64,000 nt of DNA from Auanema rhodensis. Lineage: Eukaryota > Animalia > Nematoda. Each line of letters begins with the position of its first letter. Positions within the stretch are counted from its first letter, which is position 1. A model generated the notes under the pieces. It searched no databases, was not told where the DNA came from, and saw only the letters and a program-made list of their open reading frames with translations. This document shows, one piece after another, positions 13,701-28,800 of this stretch. Made by a program: the position numbers and the translations under genes. The stretch covers positions 18,662,001-18,726,000 of the forward strand of contig OZ059898.1 in the NCBI GenBank assembly GCA_964057225.1. The letters are read 5' to 3'.

Positions 13701-16700
13701 TTATGCTAATTGAGTGTACACATGATGTGCACTTGGTATGTAACTCGCTTCACGTGAAAGATAAAGAGATGCGGTTTTCAAAATTAGATTCCGCATGTCC
13801 ATATTAGTCTAAAAACAAATTTTTATTGATATTGGTGCATGGTAACCATGACTTTGAAATTTACGTGAACTTTAATTTATGCTAATTAAGTGTACACGTG
13901 ATGTGCACTTGGTATGTAACTCGCTTCACGTGGAAGATAAAGAGATGCGGTTTTCAAAATTAGATTCCCCATGTCCATATTAGTCTAAAAACAAATTTTT
14001 ATTGATATTGGTGCATGGTAACCATGACTTTGAAATTTACGTGAACTTTAATTTATGCTAATTAAGTGTACACGTGAAGTGCACTTGGTATGTAACTCGC
14101 TTCACGTGGAAGATAAAGAGATGCGGTTTTCAAAATTAGATTCCCCATGTCCATATTAGTCTAAAAACAAATTTTTATCGATATTGGTGCATGGTAACCA
14201 TGACTTTGAAATTTACGTGAACTTTAATTTATGCTAATTAAGTGTACACATGATGTGCACTCGGTATGTAACTCGCTTCACGTGAAAGATAAAGAGATGC
14301 GGTTTTCAGAATTAGATTCCCCATGTCCATATTAGTCTAAAAACAAATTTTTATTAATATTGGTGCATGGTAACCATGACTTTGAAATTTACGTGAACTT
14401 TAATTTATGCTAATTGAGTGTACACATGATGTGCACTTGGTATGTAACTCGCTTCACGTGAAAGATAAAGAGATGCGGTTTTCAAAATTAGATTCCGCAT
14501 GTTTATATTAGTCTAAAAACAAATTTTTATTGATATTGGTGCATGGTAACCATGACTTTGAAATTTACGTGAACTTTAATTTATGCTAATTAAGTGTACA
14601 CGTGATGTGCACTTGGTATGTAACTCGCTTCACGTGAAAGATAAAGAGATGCGGTTTTCAAAATTAGATTCCCCATGTCCATATTAGTCTAAAAACAAGT
14701 TTTTGTTGATATTGGTGGATGGTAACCATGACTTTCAAATTTACGTGAACTTCAATTTATGCTAATTAAGTGTACACGTGATGTGCACTTGGTATGTAAC
14801 TCGCTTCACGTGAAAGATGAAGAGATGCGGTTTTCAAAATTAGGTTCCCCATGTCTATATTAGTCTAAAAACAAATTTTTGTTAATATTGGTGCATGGTA
14901 ACCATGACTTTGAAATTTACGTGAACTTTAATTTATGCTAATTGAGTGTACACATGATGTGCACTTGGTATGTAACTCGCTTCACGTGAAAGATAAAGAG
15001 ATGCGGTTTTCAAAATTAGATTCCCCATGTTTATATTAGTCTAAAAACAAATTTTTATTGATATTGGTGCATGGCAACCATGACTTTAAAATCTACGTGT
15101 ACTTTAATTTATGCTAATTAAGTGTACACATGATGTGCACTTGGTATGTAACTCGCTTCACGTGAAAGATAAAGGGATGCGGTTTTCAAAATTAGATTCC
15201 CCATGTCCATATTAGTCTAAAAACAAATTTTTGTTGATATTGGTGGATGGTAACCATGACTTTGAAATTTACGTGAACTTTAATTTATGCTAATTAAGTG
15301 TACACGTGATGTGCACTTGGTATGTAACTCGCTTCACGTGAAAGATGAAGAGATGCGGTTTTCAAAGTTAGGTTCCCCATGTCTATATTAGTCTAAAAAC
15401 AAATTTTTGTTGATATTGGTGGATGGTAACCAAGACTTTCAAATTTACGTGAACTTTAATTTATGCTAATTAAGTGTACACATGATGTGCACTTGGTATG
15501 TAACTCGCTTCACGTGAAAGATGAAGAGATTCGGTTTTCAAAATTAGGTTCCCCATGTCCATATTAGTCTAAAAACAAGTTTTTGTTGATATTGGTGGAT
15601 GGTAACCATGACTTTCAAATTTACGTGAACTTCAATTTATGCTAATTAAGTGTACACGTGATGTGCACTTGGTATGTAACTCGCTTCGCGTCAACGATAA
15701 AGAGATGCGGTTTTCAAAATTAGATTCCCCATGTCCATATTAGTCTAAAAACAAATTTTTATTAATATTGGTGCATGGTAACCATGACTTTGAAATTTAC
15801 GTGAACTTTAATTTATGCTAATTGAGTGTACACATGATGTGCACTTGGTATGTAACTCGCTTCACGTGAAAGATAAAGAGATGCGGTTTTCAAAATTAGA
15901 TTCCGCATGTCCATATTAGTCTAAAAACAAATTTTTATTGATATTGGTGCATGGTAACCATGACTTTGAAATTTACGTGAACTTTAATTTATGCTAATTA
16001 AGTGTACACGTGATGTGCACTTGGTATGTAACTCGCTTCACGTGGAAGATAAAGAGATGCGGTTTTCAAAATTAGATTCCCCATGTCCATATTAGTCTAA
16101 AAACAAATTTTTATTGATATTGGTGCATGGTAACCATGACTTTGAAATTTACGTGAACTTTAATTTATGCTAATTAAGTGTACACGTGAAGTGCACTTGG
16201 TATGTAACTCGCTTCACGTGAAAGATAAAGAGATGCGGTTTTCAAAATTAGATTCGCCATGTCCATATTAGTCTAAAAACAAATTTTTATCGATATTGGT
16301 GCATGGTAACCATGACTTTGAAATTTACGTGAACTTTAATTTATGCTAATTAAGTGTACACATGATGTGCACTTGGTATGTAACTCGCTTCACGTGAAAG
16401 ATAAAGAGATGCGGTTTTCAAAATTAGATTCCGCATGTCCATATTAGTCTAAAAACAAATTTTTATTGATATTGGTGCATGGTAACCATGACTTTGAAAT
16501 TTACGTGAACTTTAATTTATGCTAATTAAGTGTACACGTGATGTGCACTTGGTATGTAACTCGCTTCACGTGAAAGATAAAGAGATGCGGTTTTCAAAAT
16601 TAGATTCCCCATGTTTATATTAGTCTAAAAACAAATTTTTATTGATATTGGTGCATGGCAACCATGACTTTAAAATCTACGTGTACTTTAATTTATGCTA

Positions 16701-19700
16701 ATTAAGTGTACACATGATGTGCACTCGGTATGTAACTCGCTTCACGTGAAAGATAAAGAGATGCGGTTTTCAAAATTAGATTCCGCATGTCCATATTAGT
16801 CTAAAAACAAATTTTTATTGATATTGGTGCATGGTAACCATGACTTTGAAATTTACGTGTACTTTAATTTATGCTAATTAAGTGTACACGTGATGTGCAC
16901 TTGGTATGTAACTCGCTTCACGTGAAAGATAAAGAGATGCGGTTTTCAAAATTAGATTCCCCATGTTTATATTAGTCTAAAAACAAATTTTTATTGATAT
17001 TGGTGCATGGCAACCATGACTTTGAAATCTACGTGTACTTTAATTTATGCTAATTAAGTGTACACATGATGTGCACTTGGTATGTAACTCGCTTCACGTG
17101 AAAGATAAAGAGATGCGGTTTTCAAAATTAGATTCCCCATGTTTATATTAGTCTAAAAACAAATTTTTATTGATATTGGTGCATGGCAACCATGACTTTA
17201 AAATCTACGTGTACTTTAATTTATGCTAATTAAGTGTACACATGATGTGCACTTGGTATGTAACTCGCTTCACGTGAAAGATAAAGGGATGCGGTTTTCA
17301 AAATTAGATTCCCCATGTCCATATTAGTCTAAAAACAAATTTTTGTTGATATTGGTGGATGGTAACCATGACTTTGAAATTTACGTGAACTTTAATTTAT
17401 GCTAATTAAGTGTACACGTGATGTGCACTTGGTATGTAACTCGCTTCACGTGAAAGATGAAGAGATGCGGTTTTCAAAATTAGGTTCCCCATGTCTATAT
17501 TAGTCTAAAAACAAATTTTTGTTGATATTGGTGGATGGTAACCAAGACTTTCAAATTTACGTGAACTGTAATTTATGCTAATTAAGTGTACACATGATGT
17601 GCACTTGGTATGTAACTCGCTTCACGTCAAAGATAAAGAGATGCGGTTTTCAAAATTAGATTTCGCATGTCCATATTAGTCTAAAAACAAATTTTTATTG
17701 ATATTGGTGCATGGTAACCATGACTTTGAAATTTACGTGAACTTTAATTTATGCTAATTAAGTGTACACGTGATGTGCACTTGGTATGTAACTCGCTTCA
17801 CGTGAAAGATAAAGAGATGCGGTTTTCAAAATTAGATTCCCCATGTCCATATTAGTCTAAAAACAAATTTTTATTGATATTGGTGCATGGTAACCATGAC
17901 TTTGAAATTTACGTGAACTTTAATTTATGCTAATTAAGTGTACACGTGATGTGCACTTGGTATGTAACTGGCTTCACGTGAAAGATGAAGAGATGCGGTT
18001 TTCAAAATTAGGTTCCCCATGTCCATATTAGTCTAAAAACAAATTTTTGTTGATATTGGTGCATGGTAACCATGACTTTGAAATTTACGTGAACTTTAAT
18101 TTATGCTAATTAAGTGTACACGTGATGTGCACTTGGTATGTAACTCGCTTCACGTGAAAGATAAAGAGATGCGGTTTTCAAAATTAGATTCCCCATGTTT
18201 ATATTAGTCTAAAAACAAATTTTTATTGATATTGGTGCATGGCAACCATGACTTTAAAATCTACGTGAACTTTAATTTATGCTAATTAAGTGTACACGTG
18301 ATGTGCACTTGGTATGTAACTCGCTTCACGTGAAAGATAAAGAGATGCGGTTTTCAAAATTAGATTCCCCATGTCCATATTAGTCTAAAAACAAATTTTT
18401 ATTGATATTGGTGCATGGTAACCATGACTTTGAAATTTACGTGAACTTTAATTTATGCTAATTAAGTGTACACATGATGTGCACTTGGTTTGTAACTCGC
18501 TTCACGTGAAAGATAAAGAGATGCGGTTTTCAAAATTAGATTCCCCATGTTTATATTAGTCTAAAAACAAATTTTTATTGATATTGGTGCATGGCAACCA
18601 TGACTTTAAAATCTACGTGTACTTTAATTTATGCTAATTAAGTGTACACATGATGTGCACTCGGTATGTAACTCGCTTCACGTGAAAGATAAAGAGATGC
18701 GGTTTTCAAAATTAGATTCCCCATGTTTATATTAGTCTAAAAACAAATTTTTATTGATATTGGTGCATGGTAACCATGACTTTGAAATTTACGTGAACTT
18801 TAATTTATGCTAATTAAGTGTACACGTGATGTGCACTTGGTATGTAACTCGCTTCACGTGAAAGATAAAGAGATGCGGTTTTCAAAATTAGATTCCTCAT
18901 GTCCATATTAGTCTAAAAACGAATTTTTATTGATATTGATGCATGGTAACCATGACTTTGAAATTTACGTGAACTTTAATTTATGCTTATTAAGTGTACA
19001 CGTGATGTGCACTTGGTATGTAACTCGCTTCACGTGAAAGATAAAGAGATGCGGTTTTCAAAATTAGGTTCCCCATGTCCATATTAGTCTAAAAACAAAT
19101 TTTTGTTGATATTGGTGGATGGTAACCATGACTTTCAAATTTACGTGAACTTCAATTTATGCTAATTAAGTGTACACGTGATGTGCACTTGGTATGTAAC
19201 TCGCTTCGCGTCAACGATAAAGAGATGCGGTTTTCAAAATTAGATTCCCCATGTCCATATTAGTCTAAAAACAAATTTTTATTAATATTGGTGCATGGTA
19301 ACCATGACTTTGAAATTTACGTGAACTTTAATTTATGCTAATTAAGTGTACACGTGATGTGCACTTGGTATGTAACTCGCTTCATGTGAAAGATAAAGAG
19401 ATGCGGTTTTCAAAATTAGATTTAGCATGTCCATATTAGTCTAAAAACAAATTTTTATTGATATTGGTGCATGGTAACCATGACTTTGAAATTTACGTGA
19501 ACTTTAATTTATGCTAATTAAGTGTACACGTGATGTGCACTTGGTATGTAACTCGCTTCACGTGAAAGATAAAGAGATGCGGTTTTCAAAATTAGATTCC
19601 CGATGTCCATATTAGTCTAAAAACAAATTTTTATTGATATTGGTGCATGGCAACCATGACTTTAAAATTTACGTGTACTTTAATTTATGCTAATTAAGTG

Positions 19701-22700
19701 TACACATGATGTGCACTTGGTATGTAACTCGCTTCACGTGAAAGATAAAGTGATGCGGTTTTCAAAATTACATTCCGCATGTCCATATTAGTCTAAAAAC
19801 AAATTTTTATTGATATTGGTGCATGGCAACCATGACTTTAAAATTTACGTGTACTTTAATTTATGCTAATTAAGTGTACACGTGAAGTGCACTTGGTATG
19901 TAACTCGCTTCACGTGAAAGATAAAGAGATGCGGTTTTCAAAATTAGATTCCCCATGTCCATATTAGTCTAAAAACAAATTTTTATCGATATTGGTGCAT
20001 GGTAACCATGACTTTGAAATTTACGTGAACTTTAATTTATGCTAATTAAGTGTACACATGATGTGCACTCGGTATGTAACTCGCTTCACGTGAAAGATAA
20101 AGAGATGCGGTTTTCAAAATTAGATTCCCGATGTCCATATTAGTCTAAAAACAAATTTTTATTGATATTGGTGCATGGTAACCATGACTTTGAAATTTAC
20201 GTGAACTTTAATTTATGCTAATTAAGTGTACACGTGATGTGCACTTGGTATGTAACTCGCTTCACGTGAAAGATAAAGAGATGCGGTTTTCAAAATTAGA
20301 TTCCCCATGTTTATATTAGTCTAAAAACAAATTTTTATTGATATTGGTGCATGGCAACCATGACTTTAAAATCTACGTGTACTTTAATTTATGCTAATTA
20401 AGTGTACACATGATGTGCACTCGGTATGTAACTCGCTTCACGTGAAAGATAAAGAGATGCGGTTTTCAAAATTAGATTCCCCATGTTTATATTAGTCTAA
20501 AAACAAATTTTTATTGATATTGGTGCATGGTAACCATGACTTTGAAATTTACGTGAACTTTAATTTATGCTAATTAAGTGTACACGTGATGTGCACTTGG
20601 TTTGTAACTCGCTTCACGTGAAAGATAAAGAGATGCGGTTTTCAAAATTAGATTCCCCATGTTCATATTAGTCTAAAAACAAATTTTTATTGATATTGGT
20701 GCATGGTAACCATGACTTTGAAATTTACGTGAACTTTAATTTATGCTAATTAAGTGTACACGTGATGTGCACTTGGTATGTAACTCGCTTCACGTGAAAG
20801 ATAAAGAGATGCGGTTTTCAAAATTAGATTCCCCATGTTTATATTAGTCTAAAAACAAATTTTTATTGATATTGGTGCATGGCAACCATGACTTTAAAAT
20901 CTACGTGTACTTTAATTTATGCTAATTAAGTGTACACATGATGTGCACTCGGTATGTAACTCGCTTCACGTGAAAGATAAAGAGATGCGGTTTTCAAAAT
21001 TAGATTCCCCATGTTTATATTAGTCTAAAAACAAATTTTTATTGATATTGGTGCATGGTAACCATGACTTTGAAATTTACGTGAACTTTAATTTATGCTA
21101 ATTAAGTGTACACGTGATGTGCACTTGGTATGTAACTCGCTTCACGTGAAAGATAAAGAGATGCGGTTTTCAAAATTAGATTCCTCATGTCCATATTAGT
21201 CTAAAAACGAATTTTTATTGATATTGATGCATGGTAACCATGACTTTGAAATTTACGTGAACTTTAATTTATGCTTATTAAGTGTACACGTGATGTGCAC
21301 TTGGTATGTAACTCGCTTCACGTGAAAGATAAAGAGATGCGGTTTTCAAAATTAGGTTCCCCATGTCCATATTAGTCTAAAAACAAATTTTTGTTGATAT
21401 TGGTGGATGGTAACCATGACTTTCAAATTTACGTGAACTTCAATTTATGCTAATTAAGTGTACACGTGATGTGCACTTGGTATGTAACTCGCTTCGCGTC
21501 AACGATAAAGAGATGCGGTTTTCAAAATTAGATTCCCCATGTCCATATTAGTCTAAAAACAAATTTTTATTAATATTGGTGCATGGTAACCATGACTTTG
21601 AAATTTACGTGAACTTTAATTTATGCTAATTAAGTGTACACGTGATGTGCACTTGGTATGTAACTCGCTTCACGTGAAAGATAAAGAGATGCGGTTTTCA
21701 AAATTAGATTCCTCATGTCCATATTAGTCTAAAAACGAATTTTTATTGATATTGATGCATGGTAACCATGACTTTGAAATTTACGTGAACTTTAATTTAT
21801 GCTTATTAAGTGTACACGTGATGTGCACTTGGTATGTAACTCGCTTCACGTGAAAGATAAAGAGATGCGGTTTTCAAAATTAGGTTCCCCATGTCCATAT
21901 TAGTCTAAAAACAAATTTTTGTTGATATTGGTGGATGGTAACCATGACTTTCAAATTTACGTGAACTTCAATTTATGCTAATTAAGTGTACACGTGATGT
22001 GCACTTGGTATGTAACTCGCTTCGCGTCAACGATAAAGAGATGCGGTTTTCAAAATTAGATTCCCCATGTCCATATTAGTCTAAAAACAAATTTTTATTA
22101 ATATTGGTGCATGGTAACCATGACTTTGAAATTTACGTGAACTTTAATTTATGCTAATTAAGTGTACACGTGATGTGCACTTGGTATGTAACTCGCTTCA
22201 TGTGAAAGATAAAGAGATGCGGTTTTCAAAATTAGATTTAGCATGTCCATATTAGTCTAAAAACAAATTTTTATTGATATTGGTGCATGGTAACCATGAC
22301 TTTGAAATTTACGTGAACTTTAATTTATGCTAATTAAGTGTACACGTGATGTGCACTTGGTATGTAACTCGCTTCACGTGAAAGATAAAGAGATGCGGTG
22401 TTCAAAATTAGATTCCCCATGTCCATATTAGTCGAAAAACAAATTTTTATTGATATTGGTGCATGGTAACCATGACTTTGAAATTTACGTGAACTTTAAT
22501 TTATGCTAATTAAATGTACACGTGATGTGCACTTGGTATGTAACTCGCTTCACGTGAAAGATAAAGAGATGCGGTTTTCAAAATTAGATTCCCCATGTCC
22601 ATATTAGTCTAAAAACAAATTTTTATCGATATTGGTGCATGGTAACCATGACTTTGAAATTTACGTGAACTTTAATTTATGCTAATTAAGTGTACACATG

Positions 22701-22899
22701 ATGTGCACTCGGTATGTAACTCGCTTCACGTGAAAGATAAAGAGATGCGGTTTTCAAAATTAGATTCCGCATGTCCATATTAGTCTAAAAACAAATTTTT
22801 ATTGATATTGGTGCATGGTAACCATGACTTTGAAATTTACGTGAACTTTAATTTATGCTAATTAAGTGTACACGTGATGTGCACTTGGTATGTAACTCG

Positions 22900-25800
22900 C
22901 TTCACGTGAAAGATAAAGAGATGCGGTTTTCAAAATTAGATTCCCCATGTTTATATTAGTCTAAAAACAAATTTTTATTGATATTGGTGCATGGCAACCA
23001 TGACTTTAAAATCTACGTGTACTTTAATTTATGCTAATAAGTGTACACATGATGTGCACTCGGTATGTAACTCGCTTCACGTGAAAGATAAAGAGATGCG
23101 GTTTTCAAAATTAGATTCCGCATGTCCATATTAGTCTAAAAACAAATTTTTATTGATATTGGTGCATGGTAACCATGACTTTGAAATTTACGTGAACTTT
23201 AATTTATGCTAATTAAGTGTACACGTGATGTGCACTTGGTATGTAACTCGCTTCACGTGAAAGATAAAGAAATGCGGTTTTCAAAATTAGATTCCCCATG
23301 TTTATATTAGTCTAAAAACAAATTTTTATTGATATTGGTGCATGGCAACCATGACTTTAAAATCTACGTGTACTTTAATTTATGCTAATTAAGTGTACAC
23401 ATGATGTGCACTTGGTATGTAACTCGCTTAACGTGAAAGATAAAGAGATGCGGTTTTCAAAATTAGATTCCCCATGTTTATATTAGTCTAAAAACAAATT
23501 TTTATTGATATTGGTGCATGGCAACCATGACTTTAAAATCTACGTGTACTTTAATTTATGCTAATTAAGTGTACACATGATGTGCACTTGGTATGTAACT
23601 CGCTTCACGTGAAAGATAAAGAGATGCGGTTTTCAAAATTAGATTCCTCATGTCCATATTAGTCTAAAAACAAATTTTTATTGATATTGGTGCATGGTAA
23701 CCATGACTTTGAAATTTACGTGAACTTTAATTTATGCTAATTAAGTGTACACGTGATGTGCACTTGGTATGTAACTCACTTCACGTGAAAGATAAAGAGA
23801 TGCGGTTTTCAAAATTAGATTCCCCATGTCCATATTAGTCTAAAAACAAATTTTTGTTGATATTGGTGGATGGTAACCATGACTTTGAAATTTACGTGAA
23901 CTTTAATTTATGCTAATTAAGTGTACACGTGATGTGCACTTGGTATGTAACTCGCTTCACGTGAAAGTTGAAGAGATGCGGTTTTCAAAATTAGGTTTCC
24001 CATGTCCATATTAGTCTAAAAACAAATTTTTGTTGATATTGGTGGATGGTAACCATGACTTTCAAATTTACGTGAACTTTAATTTATGCTAATTAAGTGT
24101 ACACATGATGTGCACTTGGTATGTAACTCGCTTCACGTCAAAGATAAAGAGATGCGGTTTTCAAAAATAGATTTCGCATGTCCATATTAGTCTAAAAACA
24201 AATTTTTATTGATATTGGTGCATGGTAACCATGACTTTGAAATTTACGTGAACTTTAATTTATGCTAATTAAGTGTACACGTGATGTGCACTTGGTATGT
24301 AACTCGCTTCACGTGAAAGATGAAGAGATGCGGTTTTCAAAATTAGGTTCCCCATGTCCATATTAGTCTAAAAACAAATTTTTGTTGATATTGGTGGATG
24401 GTAACCATGACTTTCAAAATTACGTGAACTTCAATTTATGCTAATTAAGTGTACACGTGATGTGCACTTGGTATGTAACTCGCTTCGCGTCAACGATAAA
24501 GAGATGCGGTTTTCAAAATTAGATTCCCCATGTCCATATTAGTCTAAAAACAAATTTTTATTGATATTGGTGCATGGTAACCATGACTTTGAAATTTACG
24601 TGAACTTTAATTTATGCTAATTAAGTGTACACGTGATGTGCACTTGGTATGTAACTCGCTTCATGTGAAAGATAAAGAGATGCGGTTTTCAAAATTAGAT
24701 TTAGCATGTCCATATTAGTCTAAAAACAAATTTTCATTGATATTGGTGCATGGTAACCATGACTTTGAAATTTACGTGAACTTTAATTTATGCTAATTAA
24801 GTGTACACGTGATGTGCACTTGGTATGTAACTCGCTTCACAAGAAAGATAAAGAGATGCGGTTTTCAAAATTAGATTCCCCATGTCCATATTAGTCTAAA
24901 AACAAATTTTTATTGATATTGGTGCATGGTAACCATGACTTTGAAATTTACGTGTACTTTAATTTATGCTAATTAAGTGTACACATGATGTGCACTTGGT
25001 ATGTAACTCGCTTCACGTCAAAGATAAAGAGATGCGGTTTTCAAAATTAGATTCCCCATGTCCATATTAGTCTAAAAACAAATTTTTATTAATATTGGTG
25101 CATGGTAACCATGACTTTGAAATTTACGTGAACTTTAATTTATGCTTATTAAGTGTACACGTGATGTGCACTTGGTATGTAACTCGCTTCACGTGAAAGA
25201 TAAAGGGATGCGGTTTTCAAAATTAGATTCCCCATGTCCATATTAGTCTAAAAACAAATTATTATTGATATTGGTGCATGGTAACCATGACTTTGAAATT
25301 TACGTGAACTTTAATTTATGCTAATTAAGTGTACACGTGATGTGCACTTGGTATGTAACTCGCTTCACGTGAAAGATAAAGAGATGCGGTTTTCAAAATT
25401 AGATTCCCCATGTCCATATTAGTCTAAAAACAAATTTTTATTGATATTGGTGCATGGTAACCATGACTTTGAAATTTACGTGAACTTTAATTTATGCTAA
25501 TTAAGTGTACACATGATGTGCACTTGGTATGTAAATCGCTCCACGTCAAAGATAAAGAGATGCGGTTTTCAAAATTAGATTCCCCATGTCCATATTAGTC
25601 TAAAAACAAATTTTTATTAATATTGGTGCATGGTAACCATGACTTTGAAATTTACGTGAACTTTAATTTATGCTTATTAAGTGTACACGTGATGTGCACT
25701 TGGTATGTAACTCGCTTCACGTGAAAGATAAAGGGATGCGGTTTTCAAAATTAGATTCCCCATGTCCATATTAGTCTAAAAACAATTTATTATTGATATT

Positions 25801-28800
25801 GGTGCATGGTAACCATGACTTTGAAATTTACGTGAACTTTAATTTATGCTAATTAAGTGTACACGTGATGTGCACTTGGTATGTAACTCGCTTCACGTGA
25901 AAGATAAAGAGATGCGGTTTTCAAAATTAGATTCCCCATGTCCATATTAGTCTAAAAACAAATTTTTATTGATATTGGTGCATGGTAACCACGATTTTGA
26001 AATTTACGTGAACTTTAATTTATGCTAATTAAATGTACACGTGATGTGCACTTGGTATGTAACTCGCTTCACGTGAAAGATAAAGAGATGCGGTTTTGAA
26101 AATTAGATTCCCCATGTCCATATTAGTCTAAAAACAAATTTTTATTGATATTGGTTCATGGTAACCATGACTTTGAAATTTACGTGAACTTTAATTTATG
26201 CTAATTAAGTGTACACATGATGTGCACTTGGTATGTAACTCGCTTCACGTCAAAGATAAAGAGATGCGGTTTTCAAAATTAGATTCCCCATGTCCATATT
26301 AGTCTAAAAACAAATTTTTATTGATATTGGTGCATGGTAACCATGACTTTGAAATTTACGTGAACTTTAATTTATGCTAATTAAGTGTACACGTGATGTG
26401 CACTTGGTATGTAACTCGCTTCATGTGAAAGATAAAGAGATGCGGTTTTCAAAATTAGATTCCGCATGTCCATATTAGTCTAAAAACAAATTTTTATTGA
26501 TATTGGTGCATGGTAACCATGACTTTGAAATTTACGTGAACTTTAATTTATGCTAATTAAGTGTACACGTGATGTGCACTTGGTATGTAACTTGCTTCAC
26601 GTGAAAGATAAAGAGATGCGGTTTTCAAAATTAGATTCCCCATGTCCATATTAGTCTAAAAACAAATTTTTATTGATATTGGTGCATGGCAACCATGACT
26701 TTAAAATTTACGTGTACTTTAATTTATGCTAATTAAGTGTACACATGATGTGCACTTGGTATGTAACTCGCTTCACGTGAAAGATAAAGTGATGCGGTTT
26801 TCAAAATTAGATTCCGCATGTCCATATTAGTCTAAAAACAAATTTTTATTGATATTGGTGCATGGCAACCATGATTTTAAAATTTACGTGTACTTTAATT
26901 TATTCTAATTAAGTGTACACATGATGTGCACTTGGTATGTAACTCGCTTCACGTGAAAGATAAAGTGATGCGGTTTTCAAAATTAGATTCCGCATGTCCA
27001 TATTAGTCTAAAAACAAATTTTTATTGATATTGGTGCATGGCAACCATGACTTTAAAATTTACGTGTACTTTAATTTATGCTAATTAAGTGTACACATGA
27101 TGTGCACTTGGTATGTAACTTGCTTCACGTGAAAGATAAAGAGATGCGGTTTTCAAAATTAGATTCCCCATGTCCATATTAGTCTAAAAACAAATTTTTA
27201 TTGATATTGGTGCATGGCAACCATGACTTTAAAATTTACGTGTACTTTAATTTATGCTAATTAAGTGTACACATGATGTGCACTTGGTATGTAACTCGCT
27301 TCACGTGAAAGATAAAGTGATGCGGTTTTCAAAATTAGATTCCGCATGTCCATATTAGTCTAAAAACAAATTTTTATTGATATTGGTGCATGGCAACCAT
27401 GATTTTAAAATTTACGTGTACTTTAATTTATTCTAATTAAGTGTACACATGATGTGCACTTGGTATGTAACTCGCTTCACGTGAAAGATAAAGTGATGCG
27501 GTTTTCAAAATTAGATTCCGCATGTCCATATTAGTCTAAAAACAAATTTTTATTGATATTGGTGCATGGCAACCATGACTTTAAAATTTACGTGTACTTT
27601 AATTTATGCTAATTAAGTGTACACATGATGTGCACTTGGTATGTAACTTGCTTCACGTGAAAGATAAAGAGATGCGGTTTTCAAAATTAGATTCCCCATG
27701 TCCATATTAGTCTAAAAACAAATTTTTATTGATATTGGTGCATGGCAACCATGACTTTAAAATTTACGTGTACTTTAATTTATGCTAATTAAGTGTACAC
27801 ATGATGTGCACTTGGTATGTAACTCGCTTCACGTGAAAGATAAAGTGATGCGGTTTTCAAAATTAGATTCCGCATGTCCATATTAGTCTAAAAACAAATT
27901 TTTATTGATATTGGTGCATGGCAACCATGATTTTAAAATTTACGTGTACTTTAATTTATTCTAATTAAGTGTACACATGATGTGCACTTGGTATGTAACT
28001 CGCTTCACGTGAAAGATAAAGTGATGCGGTTTTCAAAATTAGATTCCGCATGTCCATATTAGTCTAAAAACAAATTTTTATTGATATTGGTGCATGGCAA
28101 CCATGACTTTAAAATTTACGTGTACTTTAATTTATGCTAATTAAGTGTACACATGATGTGCACTTGGTATGTAACTCGCTTCACGTCAAAGATAAAGAGA
28201 TGCGGTTTTCAAAATTAGATTCCCCATGTCCATATTAGTCTAAAAACAAATTTTTATTAATATTGGTGCATGGTAACCATGACTTTGAAATTTACGTGAA
28301 CTTTAATTTATGCTTATTAAGTGTACACGTGATGTGCACTTGGTATGTAACTCGCTTCACGTGAAAGATAAAGGGATGCGGTTTTCAAAATTAGATTCCC
28401 CATGTCCATATTAGTCTAAAAACAATTTATTATTGATATTGGTGCATGGTAACCATGACTTTGAAATTTACGTGAACTTTAATTTATGCTAATTAAGTGT
28501 ACACGTGATGTGCACTTGGTATGTAACTCGCTTCACGTGAAAGATAAAGAGATGCGGTTTTCAAAATTAGATTCCCCATGTCCATATTAGTCTAAAAACA
28601 AATTTTTATTGATATTGGTGCATGGTAACCACGATTTTGAAATTTACGTGAACTTTAATTTATGCTAATTAAATGTACACGTGATGTGCACTTGGTATGT
28701 AACTCGCTTCACGTGAAAGATAAAGAGATGCGGTTTTGAAAATTAGATTCCCCATGTCCATATTAGTCTAAAAACAAATTTTTATTGATATTGGTTCATG

